IMG/VR virus record: IMGVR_UViG_3300036966_000119
Span: 96,001 to 160,000 of that record
Direction: 5' to 3' (one strand)
DNA from: a virus
Lineage: Duplodnaviria > Caudoviricetes
DNA: 64,000 nt
The position numbers and the translations under genes were made by a program. The notes under the pieces are model-generated. The model worked only from the letters and a program-made list of their open reading frames with translations. It was not told the DNA's origin and did not search any database. Positions within the stretch are counted from its first letter, which is position 1, and the number at the start of each line of letters is the position of its first letter. This document shows, piece after piece, positions 8,909-20,400 of this stretch.

Positions 8909-11900
8909 TTATTCAGTGAAACATAAACCTGGTCCAAGTTCAATTGTTGTATCTTCCGAACCATCAAACTCAAATAAATGATTTGGAATATCATTGAGAT
9001 ATCCCTTGAAGGTGAGTTTATGTTTCAAAGGAACAAAGTTTGGAGAAATCGTTAAATTACCATCTTTGTCAATGCATAAATCACCGTTATCCTTTAATTC
9101 ACCTTTCAGCTGAATACCGAGGATATTACCCTTGAATATTCTCAAACCATGAGTACCGACCGTAGTTGTATCGCAACCATCGTGTTTACTTCGTTCAACA
9201 GCGCTGTAGCTATCCGTGTCATTTATACGAATACAAAGATATCCTCCAGCATTAAATCTGAGACCGCCGTTCTTACAACTGTCATCCATAGCATAACCAG
9301 AACTTTTGTCTGCGATTTTTATTCCCAATTCATCACGGTAGTCATTTGCCGCAATAGCACGGATATCTGTTTCATCATTATAAACATATTCGTTATTGGT
9401 AGTCAAACCCTTGTATTCATTGTAACGAACTTTTACACCAGGCTCATAGTAGAATGATGCTAATTCAACGATAGGGTCTCCATCCGGACTAACGTAAATG
9501 CTGTGTTCGTCTAAGAGATACTTGAACCAAGATTCCTCCGTTGTGAGACCATCATATGCTCCGGTCGAAGACTTGGCAAAAAATGAAAGTACTGCTGATG
9601 CATCTCTCATATCAGGAACGCCACCATCTCGCAAAGCGTCAGCTCTTGCGATCAATGTGTCAGTTAATTCAAGATCCGCTATTATAGGATTACGCATCAT
9701 GTAATTATGACCTTCACGTATTACTCTGACATTGGTTCCCTCTATATAAAGATTTCCAATTATATATATTTCTCCCTCCTCAGTAGGAAGTAATGCAGTG
9801 CATTCAGGATCTGAGAAATAGTTTCCTTCCTTGTAATACGCAGTATGTTTATTTTTTGTCCATAATGTTTGTATAAGTGTCGCGTCACGAGCATCAATTA
9901 TACCATCATTAGTCACATCAGGAATACGTCTGTCAGTGACTGATTCAATGTATCTACTTGCCTTTACAAGATATCTACCGACAACATCCTGATCTTGTTC
10001 AACAAGAACAATTGTTCTATGTCTACCAATAAGATCCTGTCCGGTTCTTATTGAATCAAGGGCTAAGTCATATGACAATTGTGAACCATGAATTGAGAAA
10101 TAGTAGGTAAAACCGGGTGTTTCAAGATTCGATGAGAATATGTAGTATCTCTTTCCAGCAATATATACATGGTCTTCATCAAATTTTGTTGGGTCACCAC
10201 TATACTCTATTTCAAGATCCATTATACTCGACCATTGCTTTTCTTTATACAAATTCGGTATATTTATTTTACGGCCAAGGAATTCTTCGTCTATAAACAA
10301 ATGCGTTTCCAGGCATGAGTCTGTTGGATTTGGTATATCACTACTATGAACATGACTCGGTTTGTAAAATTTATAAGGTTTGATGCCTAAGACGTTATGA
10401 TCATAATCGAATAATATGGTAGAAGAACCATCATAGAAATATTCATTTATGTGGGTCGAATATATAGATAAACCTGACAGACCTCTCGCAGTATTTACAG
10501 CAAGCAAACCATGTTCTGGATATGTTATACCACCATCAACAAAATGGAGTCCACCTTCATTCCATGTTGTCTGGTTGCCATATTCAGGCTGGTATTTTAT
10601 ACCTTTAGCAATATTAATACCAAGGGAATTTGTTGGATTATCGGAATCATCAGTAACATTGTAAAGAGCTTTTGTCTTATCAATGCGAACATTTACTTTT
10701 CCTTCATTATAGTAATCGGTCCTGGTTTGTTTAACACTGTAAGAGTTATCGGAACTACCTATTTCGAGGAAGTCACCGACATTAACAGATAAACCACCTG
10801 AATGGTTTGTAATTGTTGATGCAGATGGATTACCTAACCAGGATGAATCTACATTGATTGTATCCTCATCAACACGTAAACCCGAAAGGTTTGTAGCATA
10901 CTTGTGGTCAACAGTATCCGTATAGATTCCCTTGACAAGATTTATACCAAGGAAGCTTGGATTCTCATGTCTAACCGGATGATATGGTGATTTATCTTGA
11001 GGATTTGGTTCTACATAACCTGATGAATATGCAGGAGGCCAGTTGCTTATTGTCAAACGATTTCCGTCATTGAAAACTTTCTTTGGTATTACGCAAAGAG
11101 AATAGTTTGGCAATATAAACATTGAACCTTTCTCATTACAACTACCATCAGTATCTGTTCTGTATATATCACCAGACAAGCCTGTTGGTAATATAGTTTT
11201 GAATGAACGTTTTGGAACATTGTTTCTTGTTTGATGGATTGTAGCAGTATCGTATGGTGAAAAAGCATTTATACCACTTAAAGGAACATCACCGTTGTCT
11301 CCCCACATTGACTCTTGATTCTTATCCTCAAGAATCTCAGAGTGCAATAAATCAACTGATAAAGCTTCAGATCCGATATCAGATGATGCAGTGTGGATAC
11401 TTTCATATTTAAGACCCTTGAAGAGAGGCTGTCTCATTGTGTAAAAATCAATGATATAATCCGTATCAGGATTCTCAGCAGTTGGTGCTTGTGTTACCAT
11501 TCCTATTGCAGGTTTACGAATCATCAACATAGGATTCATACCTATTGTCAATGTTCTACAAGTACCAGTTCCAACGGGATCTTGAAGATATAATTCATCA
11601 TTAAAGTTACAAATGATGATATCACCTTTTTCAAACGATTGTTTGATAAAATTAGTTCCACCAAACTGTGTATCTGGTGAAGGATACACGACAGGTCTGC
11701 GGTCTATTCTAAATGTGACTTCATGTACGGCAGCAGGCATACCTCCGGAATAGTATAATAATGCACCTGAATCTGAAGGATCTCCTGAACCATATACACC
11801 GTCAAACCAATATAATGTTGGCTTGATCTTGCTCTTATCAATGTATAATCCTGATTCAGATTTATTATCACTGAGATCATTATATACCTTAAGAGCATCT

Positions 11901-12502
11901 TCATACTTCCAGATGTTTACACCTATACGTCCTGATTCAGCATATTGTCTACCATTAACATTCTCATTGTAGATGATTGTGTTATCAGCAGAACCAACTG
12001 TATCAAGAGCTTTTTGAGCATGTTGAAGTCTGTTGTTGTCATAATAAATATATCCTATGTAACCACGTTTATCATTTTGATATCCATGTCTTGCATAGAA
12101 TGGTTTATTAGCGTAGATCTCATCATTGTTCCATACTGTGTTTATGGTTTCATCAAGTTCCTGTAAGGATTCAAACATCTCAATTCGTTTGTATCCCATC
12201 TCTTGCATTATTCTTGAAATCACCCATTCTTTTATGTCGGCAAATGAAACATTATCAACATTACCAAGACCTATAGTGGCAGAATCTATTATAACAACAC
12301 CGGTCATGCCATTAACACTATTGACAATACGTGACAGTTTATTGTTTATAGCGTTCCATATTCTTTCAATGGTTTTCTCCAGTGTTGCACCAGTCGTAGG
12401 ATCGTCAATAGACTTTGTATTTGATTTTGGATTTATATCGGTGAGGACCAACTCATTACCAACGACTTCTTCTTGTTTGAGTTGAACACGATCTTCGGCC
12501 AT
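8909..12502 (-). CDS. tail-fibre-like protein containing a dockerin domain
   Basis: VNSVNGMTGVV..IGLGNVDNVS fibre motif; recurring LGI/GL..G.L.V shaft-like repeats; two dockerin Ca-loop repeats (DVTNDGIIDARDATLI and ADALRDGGVPDMRDASAVLSFFAKSSTG). Confidence 0.7.
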   Translation of the reverse strand: MAEDRVQLKQEEVVGNELVLTDINPKSNTKSIDDPTTGATLEKTIERIWNAINNKLSRIVNSVNGMTGVVIIDSATIGLGNVDNVSFADIKEWVISRIMQEMGYKRIEMFESLQELDETINTVWNNDEIYANKPFYARHGYQNDKRGYIGYIYYDNNRLQHAQKALDTVGSADNTIIYNENVNGRQYAESGRIGVNIWKYEDALKVYNDLSDNKSESGLYIDKSKIKPTLYWFDGVYGSGDPSDSGALLYYSGGMPAAVHEVTFRIDRRPVVYPSPDTQFGGTNFIKQSFEKGDIIICNFNDELYLQDPVGTGTCRTLTIGMNPMLMIRKPAIGMVTQAPTAENPDTDYIIDFYTMRQPLFKGLKYESIHTASSDIGSEALSVDLLHSEILEDKNQESMWGDNGDVPLSGINAFSPYDTATIHQTRNNVPKRSFKTILPTGLSGDIYRTDTDGSCNEKGSMFILPNYSLCVIPKKVFNDGNRLTISNWPPAYSSGYVEPNPQDKSPYHPVRHENPSFLGINLVKGIYTDTVDHKYATNLSGLRVDEDTINVDSSWLGNPSASTITNHSGGLSVNVGDFLEIGSSDNSYSVKQTRTDYYNEGKVNVRIDKTKALYNVTDDSDNPTNSLGINIAKGIKYQPEYGNQTTWNEGGLHFVDGGITYPEHGLLAVNTARGLSGLSIYSTHINEYFYDGSSTILFDYDHNVLGIKPYKFYKPSHVHSSDIPNPTDSCLETHLFIDEEFLGRKINIPNLYKEKQWSSIMDLEIEYSGDPTKFDEDHVYIAGKRYYIFSSNLETPGFTYYFSIHGSQLSYDLALDSIRTGQDLIGRHRTIVLVEQDQDVVGRYLVKASRYIESVTDRRIPDVTNDGIIDARDATLIQTLWTKNKHTAYYKEGNYFSDPECTALLPTEEGEIYIIGNLYIEGTNVRVIREGHNYMMRNPIIADLELTDTLIARADALRDGGVPDMRDASAVLSFFAKSSTGAYDGLTTEESWFKYLLDEHSIYVSPDGDPIVELASFYYEPGVKVRYNEYKGLTTNNEYVYNDETDIRAIAANDYRDELGIKIADKSSGYAMDDSCKNGGLRFNAGGYLCIRINDTDSYSAVERSKHDGCDTTTVGTHGLRIFKGNILGIQLKGELKDNGDLCIDKDGNLTISPNFVPLKHKLTFKGYLNDIPNHLFEFDGSEDTTIELGPGLCFTE

Positions 12503-12656
12503 AAATGTCATCTCCTTCTTAAATATTGATTTAGTTTTTATGGAAAGTCAATGATTCCCGACCAAACCATAATGTATGTTTTAACCTTATTTTGGTAGAA
12601 CTTACCTCGAGGTTTCTATACATATTTAAATACATCAATAACAGGAGGTTTTAAAA

Positions 12657-15600
12657 ATGGCTGATGAGATTCTGCTTAATAACTATTCTGATGATAGTCA
12701 GATAAAAAAGTTCATGCGAGATGAGTTAGCGCCAAGAGTCTTTCATGACATTCCATTGAATGTTCTCAATACAGGTTTCTTCTCTCTCGTCAGTGAGTAT
12801 ATCTCACAGATAACCGAACAGCTTGGTTTTACATCTTCATTCTATTTCAATGAAGCATTCATAACCAAAGCAGTTTTGCCAGATTCTATATATGCTGAAG
12901 CTGCTATATTTAATCTGGGTTATTCATTCGCAACACCTGCATCAACAAACTTTCTGCTTGAGTTAAAGATAGAAGATATCTATAATAACTCAGTATTCAA
13001 TGCAGACAATGGTTTGTATGAATTCGTGCTTGATAAGAACACAAAGTTCAATCTTCCTGAAGGATTCGTATATTCTCTTGATTATGATATATTAATTCAA
13101 TACAAGGATATTGCAACATCAAGTATGGATGCATCTATACCGGCATGGAACATCCAATACATCAACAGAAACGAAGCAAATATGTGTGCAACAAATAAAA
13201 ACGTTTACATCACATATCGTGTTACTGATGTTTGGTTATGTTTATTAATCCAAGCAAACGAATATGAGCGTGAAGTTCATACTGTTGTAAATAATACAAC
13301 AACCGGTATACCAAATGAAGACACAGTAATCATGTGTCAGAATCATATTGCTGGATTTGATATCAAGTATATCGACAGCAAGGGAAATGCGCAGTATCTT
13401 CAGAGAGACCATATCCTTACTATACATGATACTATTGAGGATAATGCTCCATATGTTAACTATATCATGGACAACCCACAGACTATCCGTTTCATGTGGC
13501 AGTTAAGTGGTTCACGTTTCTTCGTTCCTGAAATGAACTCTTCATTTGAAATAACCATATACACATGTCATGGTAAATCAGCTAATGCTCCTAACTACAA
13601 GAATGATCAACAGCCACAGGTCATCACCGCAGCAAATACATATTCGAATAATGCAAATGTTATGAAAGCGGCATTTGTAATATCCGGATGTGTTGGTGGT
13701 GCTGATATTGGTACTGTTGAAACTACTCGTAGAGAAACCATTGAAGCATATAATACAGCAAATGTATTATCAACTGATCATGATCTTGATGAATGGTTTA
13801 AGACATTCTACTTCAAGAATATCCTTTATCCGTTCTTCTTTAAGAGACGTGATGATCCGTGGGGTAGAATATGGAGTGGTTATATGGCATTATCCGATAA
13901 TGATGATTATGTCTATAGGACCAATACTCTTCATGCTCATATACCATATGAAGTGCTGTATAATAACAATGATAACACTGTATCAAGCAATGAAATTATA
14001 ATTCCTCCTGGATGGATATGGGTATATATTGATGATACTACAAATCACAAGCATCTTTATACTGTTACTCCATATACCAAGGCAGATGGAAAAACAATTG
14101 AGACTGTAAATACATTGGCTTCAATTACAGATAAATTCGTATTTGCAAATCCTTTTGGTATGAGAATACAAAAGGATCCATTTGCTATAGGATACTTCAA
14201 TCCTTGGGTAAATGAATACGTCACTGCAACGAAAATAACAAGAGCCACATCTGCTGTTGTTGATAACAACAAGGAAGATATATCTTACATATATCATGCT
14301 TCTCCAATCATCACTAATATCAAGAGAACATATAAAGATGACCATTACACATTCACATCATATATTCTTCCTAATATACCTGGAATGAATAATGGTAAAA
14401 AGTTAGTTGAATATGTTCGTGCAAACGCTGTTGCTCCATACTTTGATCCTCAAACATGGAACTACATGAAACAGCCACTTGATGTATACGCTGAATCAAT
14501 TCCTCTTATGATACTCACTGAAGAAGATGGATACATTCCATTTGATCCAGAGAACACATATCTGTGTGTTGAACAGAAAGACCGCATCGATGATGATAAA
14601 TGGCGTTTCGGTAGAGTGTGGATTGAAGAAAAAATCTCAGCAGATGAAAAACGCCATATCGACATCAGACCATCCGCAGATAAGATGTATTTGTACGGTA
14701 CAAATGATATATGGGGAACTAATGGTGCATGTGCTCCATATTCAGTTGCTGTTTCTGGTGATACTGATATCGACATATTCCCATCACTTACATCAGAGGA
14801 TTTAATAACATTCGGCCGTATTCCTACTCAGAATTATTATGAGATGAGATTGGCTGAAACAGCACCTCGTGGTACAATAACGAAAATAGTTGTTGGAGAA
14901 GCAACTAAGACCGAATTGACAAAGTACGGCGAATCACAGCTTGTCAAGATAGGTAAGAGTTATTCAGCAGCAATATACATCAACGTATATTACGCCGTTA
15001 AAGATGATGAGACTCATACTATTACTGAAAAACAAGTAACATATACGATCTCGAATGCGGCGAATGTATACATGCCATACATGTGGAGTACAGAGCAAAG
15101 TGAACCAGGTAAATATGTATTCGAAATGGATCAGCTTGGTTCTACATCAATTATTCTGTATGCTGATATGAAACCATCTCCTGAAAGTGGCGCTATTGCA
15201 TATTACAGAATGCCTTTCAATTTATTACCTAAGAACGAACCCATGTTATATGTTCATTCAGAACAGCTCCCTCTTGCCCTGAATAACTTGCGTGTTATTA
15301 TGCATGCAATCGTAAATGGTTCAGAAACAGGACGTGTTGAAATGCAGCCTGTATCATTAGAATCTGATGGTTCTTATAAGTTTGAGACAACACTTTATCC
15401 GTTAACAGAGTTGCTTGATATTGATAACAGAATCAATATGGCTTCAATGAATAACGGTGGTGGTTCTTGGCAGGCTGTAAATGGTGAAGTTGTATCTGTT
15501 GATGCTTCTGATCCACAGTTCAAGATCACAATACTTGTTAGATCTGATGACGCCAACAGAGATTCCGAAATTGAAAAGGGCGATTCCTACACAGGATTCA

Positions 15601-16877
15601 GAGTTACGGATGAATATATGTTAGACGACGTAGATCTAATCCAGGAACTCAAAGAAATGAGAAGTGTTGTCGAATTCGGAGAAGATTCAGTTCCATCCGA
15701 AGAACAGATCAATCTGTACAAACGTATGTTGGCATATTCTGAATATAATGCGTCAGATCCATACAATATGTATTATCTGACACTATATGCATACAACATG
15801 ATTATGGGTGTTGAGATGCCTGACTCACCGTTCTCAGAATTCAGACAGGCTTGTTCTGATGATAGACCAACATTCCGTAGCTTCTTCACTGAATATGGAA
15901 TGATCATGAGTGAATATGGTATTCCTGAATGGTTTGCTGAACTCGATGATGTATTAACAACAATCATCAATCATGAAGAGCTTCCTCCAAACATTGTACC
16001 AATCACAGATCCATCGGCTCCGACATGGGTTCCGAACAAGTTCTATATGAAAAATGATATGGGTAAGTATATCCTGTTAACAGAAGAACCAGCTAACTGG
16101 GTAAACAACTATCTCAACTACTACGTTGACACAAATGAAGTTCTTGATTGGTATCTTATATACAATACATTCAGTGAATATCAAAATAATGTCAATAAGG
16201 CATTTGAACCAGTAAACATCAATGGTGGTATGACTGTACAGCTCGTACCATTTGTTGAATACTCATTAATGTTATCAGACAGATTTGAGAACTTTGTATC
16301 ATCATTCACTCAGATACATAAGGCTATTGAACCTGTCATATTCAAACGTCTTGAAGGAAACAACTACCTTGATTGCAAACTCATTGCAACATACGGTAGA
16401 CCACATTCGTATTCTTCTGATTTGAATGTAAATCTGAATCCTGATGATGAACGTGCTTACTGGCCTGATCTGAATATACAGATTGAATTTGATGTCAAAC
16501 TGTATAACCAGGCATTGGCAACAAATACAATCAATGAACTCAGATTGATTGTTAAGTCATACTTCAATAGACTTACATCCGTACATACACCAGTTGATGC
16601 AATATCAATGGATAACAATATCTACATTTCTCATGTAATTCAACAGATGGAAGCACATGACAATGTTGCATGGATGAAATTCAAAGGATGGTATACTAAT
16701 GAAAAGGGTCGTGCTGATGGTAACTATATGGATGCCAACACACAGGCAATTGTTCAGAAGTGGAAATCGTTTGAAGATATGCTCAAGGACAGAGAAGGAA
16801 AATCCGAACTTGAGAGATATACTCCTGAGATGTTTGTAATGGAAGACGATAATATCGTAATCAATATAATCAAGTAA
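12657..16877 (+). CDS. large baseplate wedge-like virion protein
   Basis: 1406 aa with CAGGAGG RBS; NEAFITKAVLPDSIYAEAA..GY..ATPA N-terminal motif and GG.DI...E..R segment, as in gp6-like wedge proteins of jumbo myophages. Confidence 0.65.
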   Translation: MADEILLNNYSDDSQIKKFMRDELAPRVFHDIPLNVLNTGFFSLVSEYISQITEQLGFTSSFYFNEAFITKAVLPDSIYAEAAIFNLGYSFATPASTNFLLELKIEDIYNNSVFNADNGLYEFVLDKNTKFNLPEGFVYSLDYDILIQYKDIATSSMDASIPAWNIQYINRNEANMCATNKNVYITYRVTDVWLCLLIQANEYEREVHTVVNNTTTGIPNEDTVIMCQNHIAGFDIKYIDSKGNAQYLQRDHILTIHDTIEDNAPYVNYIMDNPQTIRFMWQLSGSRFFVPEMNSSFEITIYTCHGKSANAPNYKNDQQPQVITAANTYSNNANVMKAAFVISGCVGGADIGTVETTRRETIEAYNTANVLSTDHDLDEWFKTFYFKNILYPFFFKRRDDPWGRIWSGYMALSDNDDYVYRTNTLHAHIPYEVLYNNNDNTVSSNEIIIPPGWIWVYIDDTTNHKHLYTVTPYTKADGKTIETVNTLASITDKFVFANPFGMRIQKDPFAIGYFNPWVNEYVTATKITRATSAVVDNNKEDISYIYHASPIITNIKRTYKDDHYTFTSYILPNIPGMNNGKKLVEYVRANAVAPYFDPQTWNYMKQPLDVYAESIPLMILTEEDGYIPFDPENTYLCVEQKDRIDDDKWRFGRVWIEEKISADEKRHIDIRPSADKMYLYGTNDIWGTNGACAPYSVAVSGDTDIDIFPSLTSEDLITFGRIPTQNYYEMRLAETAPRGTITKIVVGEATKTELTKYGESQLVKIGKSYSAAIYINVYYAVKDDETHTITEKQVTYTISNAANVYMPYMWSTEQSEPGKYVFEMDQLGSTSIILYADMKPSPESGAIAYYRMPFNLLPKNEPMLYVHSEQLPLALNNLRVIMHAIVNGSETGRVEMQPVSLESDGSYKFETTLYPLTELLDIDNRINMASMNNGGGSWQAVNGEVVSVDASDPQFKITILVRSDDANRDSEIEKGDSYTGFRVTDEYMLDDVDLIQELKEMRSVVEFGEDSVPSEEQINLYKRMLAYSEYNASDPYNMYYLTLYAYNMIMGVEMPDSPFSEFRQACSDDRPTFRSFFTEYGMIMSEYGIPEWFAELDDVLTTIINHEELPPNIVPITDPSAPTWVPNKFYMKNDMGKYILLTEEPANWVNNYLNYYVDTNEVLDWYLIYNTFSEYQNNVNKAFEPVNINGGMTVQLVPFVEYSLMLSDRFENFVSSFTQIHKAIEPVIFKRLEGNNYLDCKLIATYGRPHSYSSDLNVNLNPDDERAYWPDLNIQIEFDVKLYNQALATNTINELRLIVKSYFNRLTSVHTPVDAISMDNNIYISHVIQQMEAHDNVAWMKFKGWYTNEKGRADGNYMDANTQAIVQKWKSFEDMLKDREGKSELERYTPEMFVMEDDNIVINIIK

Positions 16878-16886
16878 TTATGAATT

Positions 16887-16914
16887 TATTACGGGGGCAA
16901 TTGCCCCCGTAATA
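16887..16914. terminator. bidirectional terminator (perfect 28-bp palindrome)
   Basis: TATTACGGGGGCAATTGCCCCCGTAATA between convergent genes. Confidence 0.75.
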
Positions 16915-16941
16915 TCTTCTATTTGTTCAACTGTCATTTTA

Positions 16942-17472
16942 TTAAGAATTTGATATAGTCGCTTTAACAGAAGTAACTCCACTCAAACGCAATATCGGTT
17001 CTGGTGTTTGACGCTTATGTTGGGTTGGTAATATATCGATAGAGATGGGATTTGCGACATCGAATCTACATATTCCAAATGTAAATTCATTTTTGGTATT
17101 GATGTGATCGTTTTCATATGCTTCAATAACAATATCGTTATCAATATCTAATCGGCATAATCCAAGTGTCATAGGTTGATCCATGGGATTCTCCGCTTCT
17201 ATCATATATGTCTGAATACCCCATGTCATATCAACATCAAATCTACACATACCCATTGTAAAAACATCTGATATATCCGTTTCTTCAGTAGTCATGGAAT
17301 CAACCGATGCTTTTACCGATGATATGCCCATTAGATGTAATGCGGGATTTACATAATACGGAGGGGTATATTCCCCGGAAACGTATACACCATAAACGGG
17401 GACAACTACGTCATCCCCGTGTATATTATGTGTCTTCTTTAATACTTCTTTAGAACGAAATACATTAGCCAT
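16942..17472 (-). CDS. hypothetical tail-module protein with three internal repeats
   Basis: 176 aa; three (F/M)T.G.CR.D(V/I) repeats. Confidence 0.65.
   Translation of the reverse strand: MANVFRSKEVLKKTHNIHGDDVVVPVYGVYVSGEYTPPYYVNPALHLMGISSVKASVDSMTTEETDISDVFTMGMCRFDVDMTWGIQTYMIEAENPMDQPMTLGLCRLDIDNDIVIEAYENDHINTKNEFTFGICRFDVANPISIDILPTQHKRQTPEPILRLSGVTSVKATISNS
17380..17472. repeat. 93-bp direct repeat, copy A
   Basis: Matches 20647..20739 with 8 mismatches; 17424..17472 (49 bp) identical. Confidence 0.9.
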
Positions 17473-17487
17473 GTTATTTCACCCCAA

Positions 17488-20400
17488 TCAAGTATCACCA
17501 TTGATGATACGATTAAGATCATTTGTGACCTTCCATTCAATTGATGTACCCCAGAATCTGACAGGATTGTTCTTGGCATTGATAGTATTCGTAACACCAA
17601 TAGCTTTCATGGTAGTAAATGCTTCAATTGGTACATAGTAGATCTTATTGGAGTCTTCTGACCTGGATGAATATTGAGCAACAATAAGAACACCATCTTT
17701 GTATAGAATTTGCATTCCCGTAGAAGCGTAGCCGTAAATATGATAACTACCTGGGCAAAGTCTTTGTTGATATTGTGCATGCCAACGTGGACCATTATCC
17801 AATACTTCTCCAAGGTTTATACCTTGAACCCATCGATCATGTTTTGCAATCATCATTAATGATTTATTATTCTTACACATCTTTATCTGCACATCTCTCA
17901 GATTGGTATGCCAGCTCTTGTAACTATCATTCGGATTATCTTCAAACTGGTATGATGTGGTTGGGTCTTCAGCTTTTATGAAGAATGACTTATAATTATA
18001 ACCCCATCTACCGAATACCAAAGCATCATCGGTACCGATAATATCCTTTACACGCCATGCTTCTGTATATGTATACCATTGCTCTGTATTGGCCTTAAAG
18101 TCTTCTGTCAACTGCTGTAAGACATCATTTTTTATGTCATACATAAATACAGTTGAAACATTACCAGTTGTGAGTGCCTGAATGTAAACGAAATCTTTCC
18201 AACCAAATATACAACGAATTGTATATGTAGCTTGGTCGATAACGAATGTGCTATACAGTGAACAGTTGTCTGACATATCCAGTACCTTGAATACATAGTG
18301 TCCTGTCGAAGATTCATCGACGTCTTGGTATACACAGTATGGAGATTTATTAAGACCATACAGATGTGAACAACCAGCAATATGAGTCTGAGTCTCATTG
18401 TAGATATCAACAACAATACCCTCTGTACTTACATTACTATTTAAGACTTTTTGTACACATAAATATCCATCATCAACAAATGTAATCATGTTTACATTAC
18501 TTGATGAATCCGGGATTGGAGTGTCCCATATAAGAGATATATCAGATGAAGTTGGTGTATCATTGTAATCACCAACAGTCCATATTCTGAAGTAATTAGT
18601 TTGAGACCAATAACCAGATGTATTTTGCACAGCATTACCAGATGGATTACTGTATGGAGATGAACCACGGCACATTGTTCCTATGATACGATCACCATTT
18701 TTGGTTTTCCAACGATATATAGGATGCATCATTGTTTCATTATCAAACATCAATGGATACGATGCTTTCAATGTCTTGTTCTCAAGATCATAGTATACGA
18801 GATCGAAGTTAGTCATAAAATATTCATGTGTATCATCAGCAATAGACATAGCAAATGTATTTGAATAGTCTACCGATAGGTTACCAATAACATCCAGATT
18901 CTTTGGATCAACATTCATAGGACAACCATTAGCTGTTAATTCAAAAGGTTCTATATCAGGAATAACTCGATGAACTTTTCTGACTGTTCTATCATATACT
19001 GGATGCAAGATTCCGTTTCCGTTATCACTGGTAACATTTCCAGAGACGATGATGTAGTACCGCTTTGTTCTTAGAGCTTGTGGGACGTTAGAAAGGTTCG
19101 CAATCATTGTCCATTGGGAAGTATCCCAATATGCATCGGTCGCAGCAATAGTAATACCGGAATTATCAAATGCCAGTATTGGATAATTTGTGAATGCATT
19201 TACAAACACCCATGCGGTTATATCGATACCATTATAATTTATTGGTAACTTGAACCTGTTTGTCCAATGATTTTCATGGTATTTTGTACTTGTCGGATTA
19301 ACAAGATTTATTGGAACATCCCATTTCTTTGTATTGTAATTATACATCGTCAAAGAAGTTATGTCTATCTGCGAACATGGTAACGGACTAACGTAACGAC
19401 GATAATATTTGTCGCTATTTTTGCCGATGGACCAATCTATATCAAGGAGATTGTTATTGTTAATATCTACTCGTGTAGAATTATACGAATCTGGAAACGC
19501 ATCAGAAGGTTGATTGGTTGCTATGTTAATTGATTCAATGTTTCTTATTGAATCATATTGTGACCCAGCAGGTATATCATTATATGAGAATATTTCATAA
19601 CCTTCAAATTCTTTCGAATATGATGATGAAACAAGATTTCTATGATCGTTCGACCAAGTAAATGATTTACCGTAGAAAAATCCATGACAATACATGTATG
19701 GATCATCAATGAACATACTATGATCAACATCAGTCGATGCTTCACGTTTAATACTTCTACCAGAATCAGCAACCGTTCTGTCAGTTAGAACCGGCTTTAT
19801 TCTGATCCAGTCCCATGTACCAAGAGCTGGAATTTCTTGATTTCTCAATAAAGTAATATACAAATCATTTACAGAAAGATCCTTGTATAAACATGATGGT
19901 GTCATTAGTATATAAAGACCATTTGTATATGCATTATCTATGAGATCACTGCTTAATGTGAATATAAGATATGGTGTTATTGTCAAACGAGTATTCGGTT
20001 TCTTCTGAATTTTTGACAATTGACCTTGATCATCATAAACACGAGCATGAGTTCTCATGGAGAGATTAGACGCTGTTGAATCGGATGTACATAAACCAAA
20101 TTCGGTTATATCATACAACTGATTATTTCCATCTGTGTAATCCCAAATGAATCTGTTGGGAACATATGCTTGTGAAATAATATGGTTGGTTGAATCATAT
20201 TCAACATTCTTCCAACCCTTCTCTGACGAGCTCATGTTAGCATCGCTGGTTTTAATACCTAAAGCGGATATATAACCAGGCATTTTATTATTGGATGGAT
20301 CTATGGTATCTGGATCTGTAACAGCATAACCATTTCCAAGAGCCATTTTGTATCTAGATAATATATTGTCGTTGTTTGAGTATTCTGCTAAGATGTCTAC

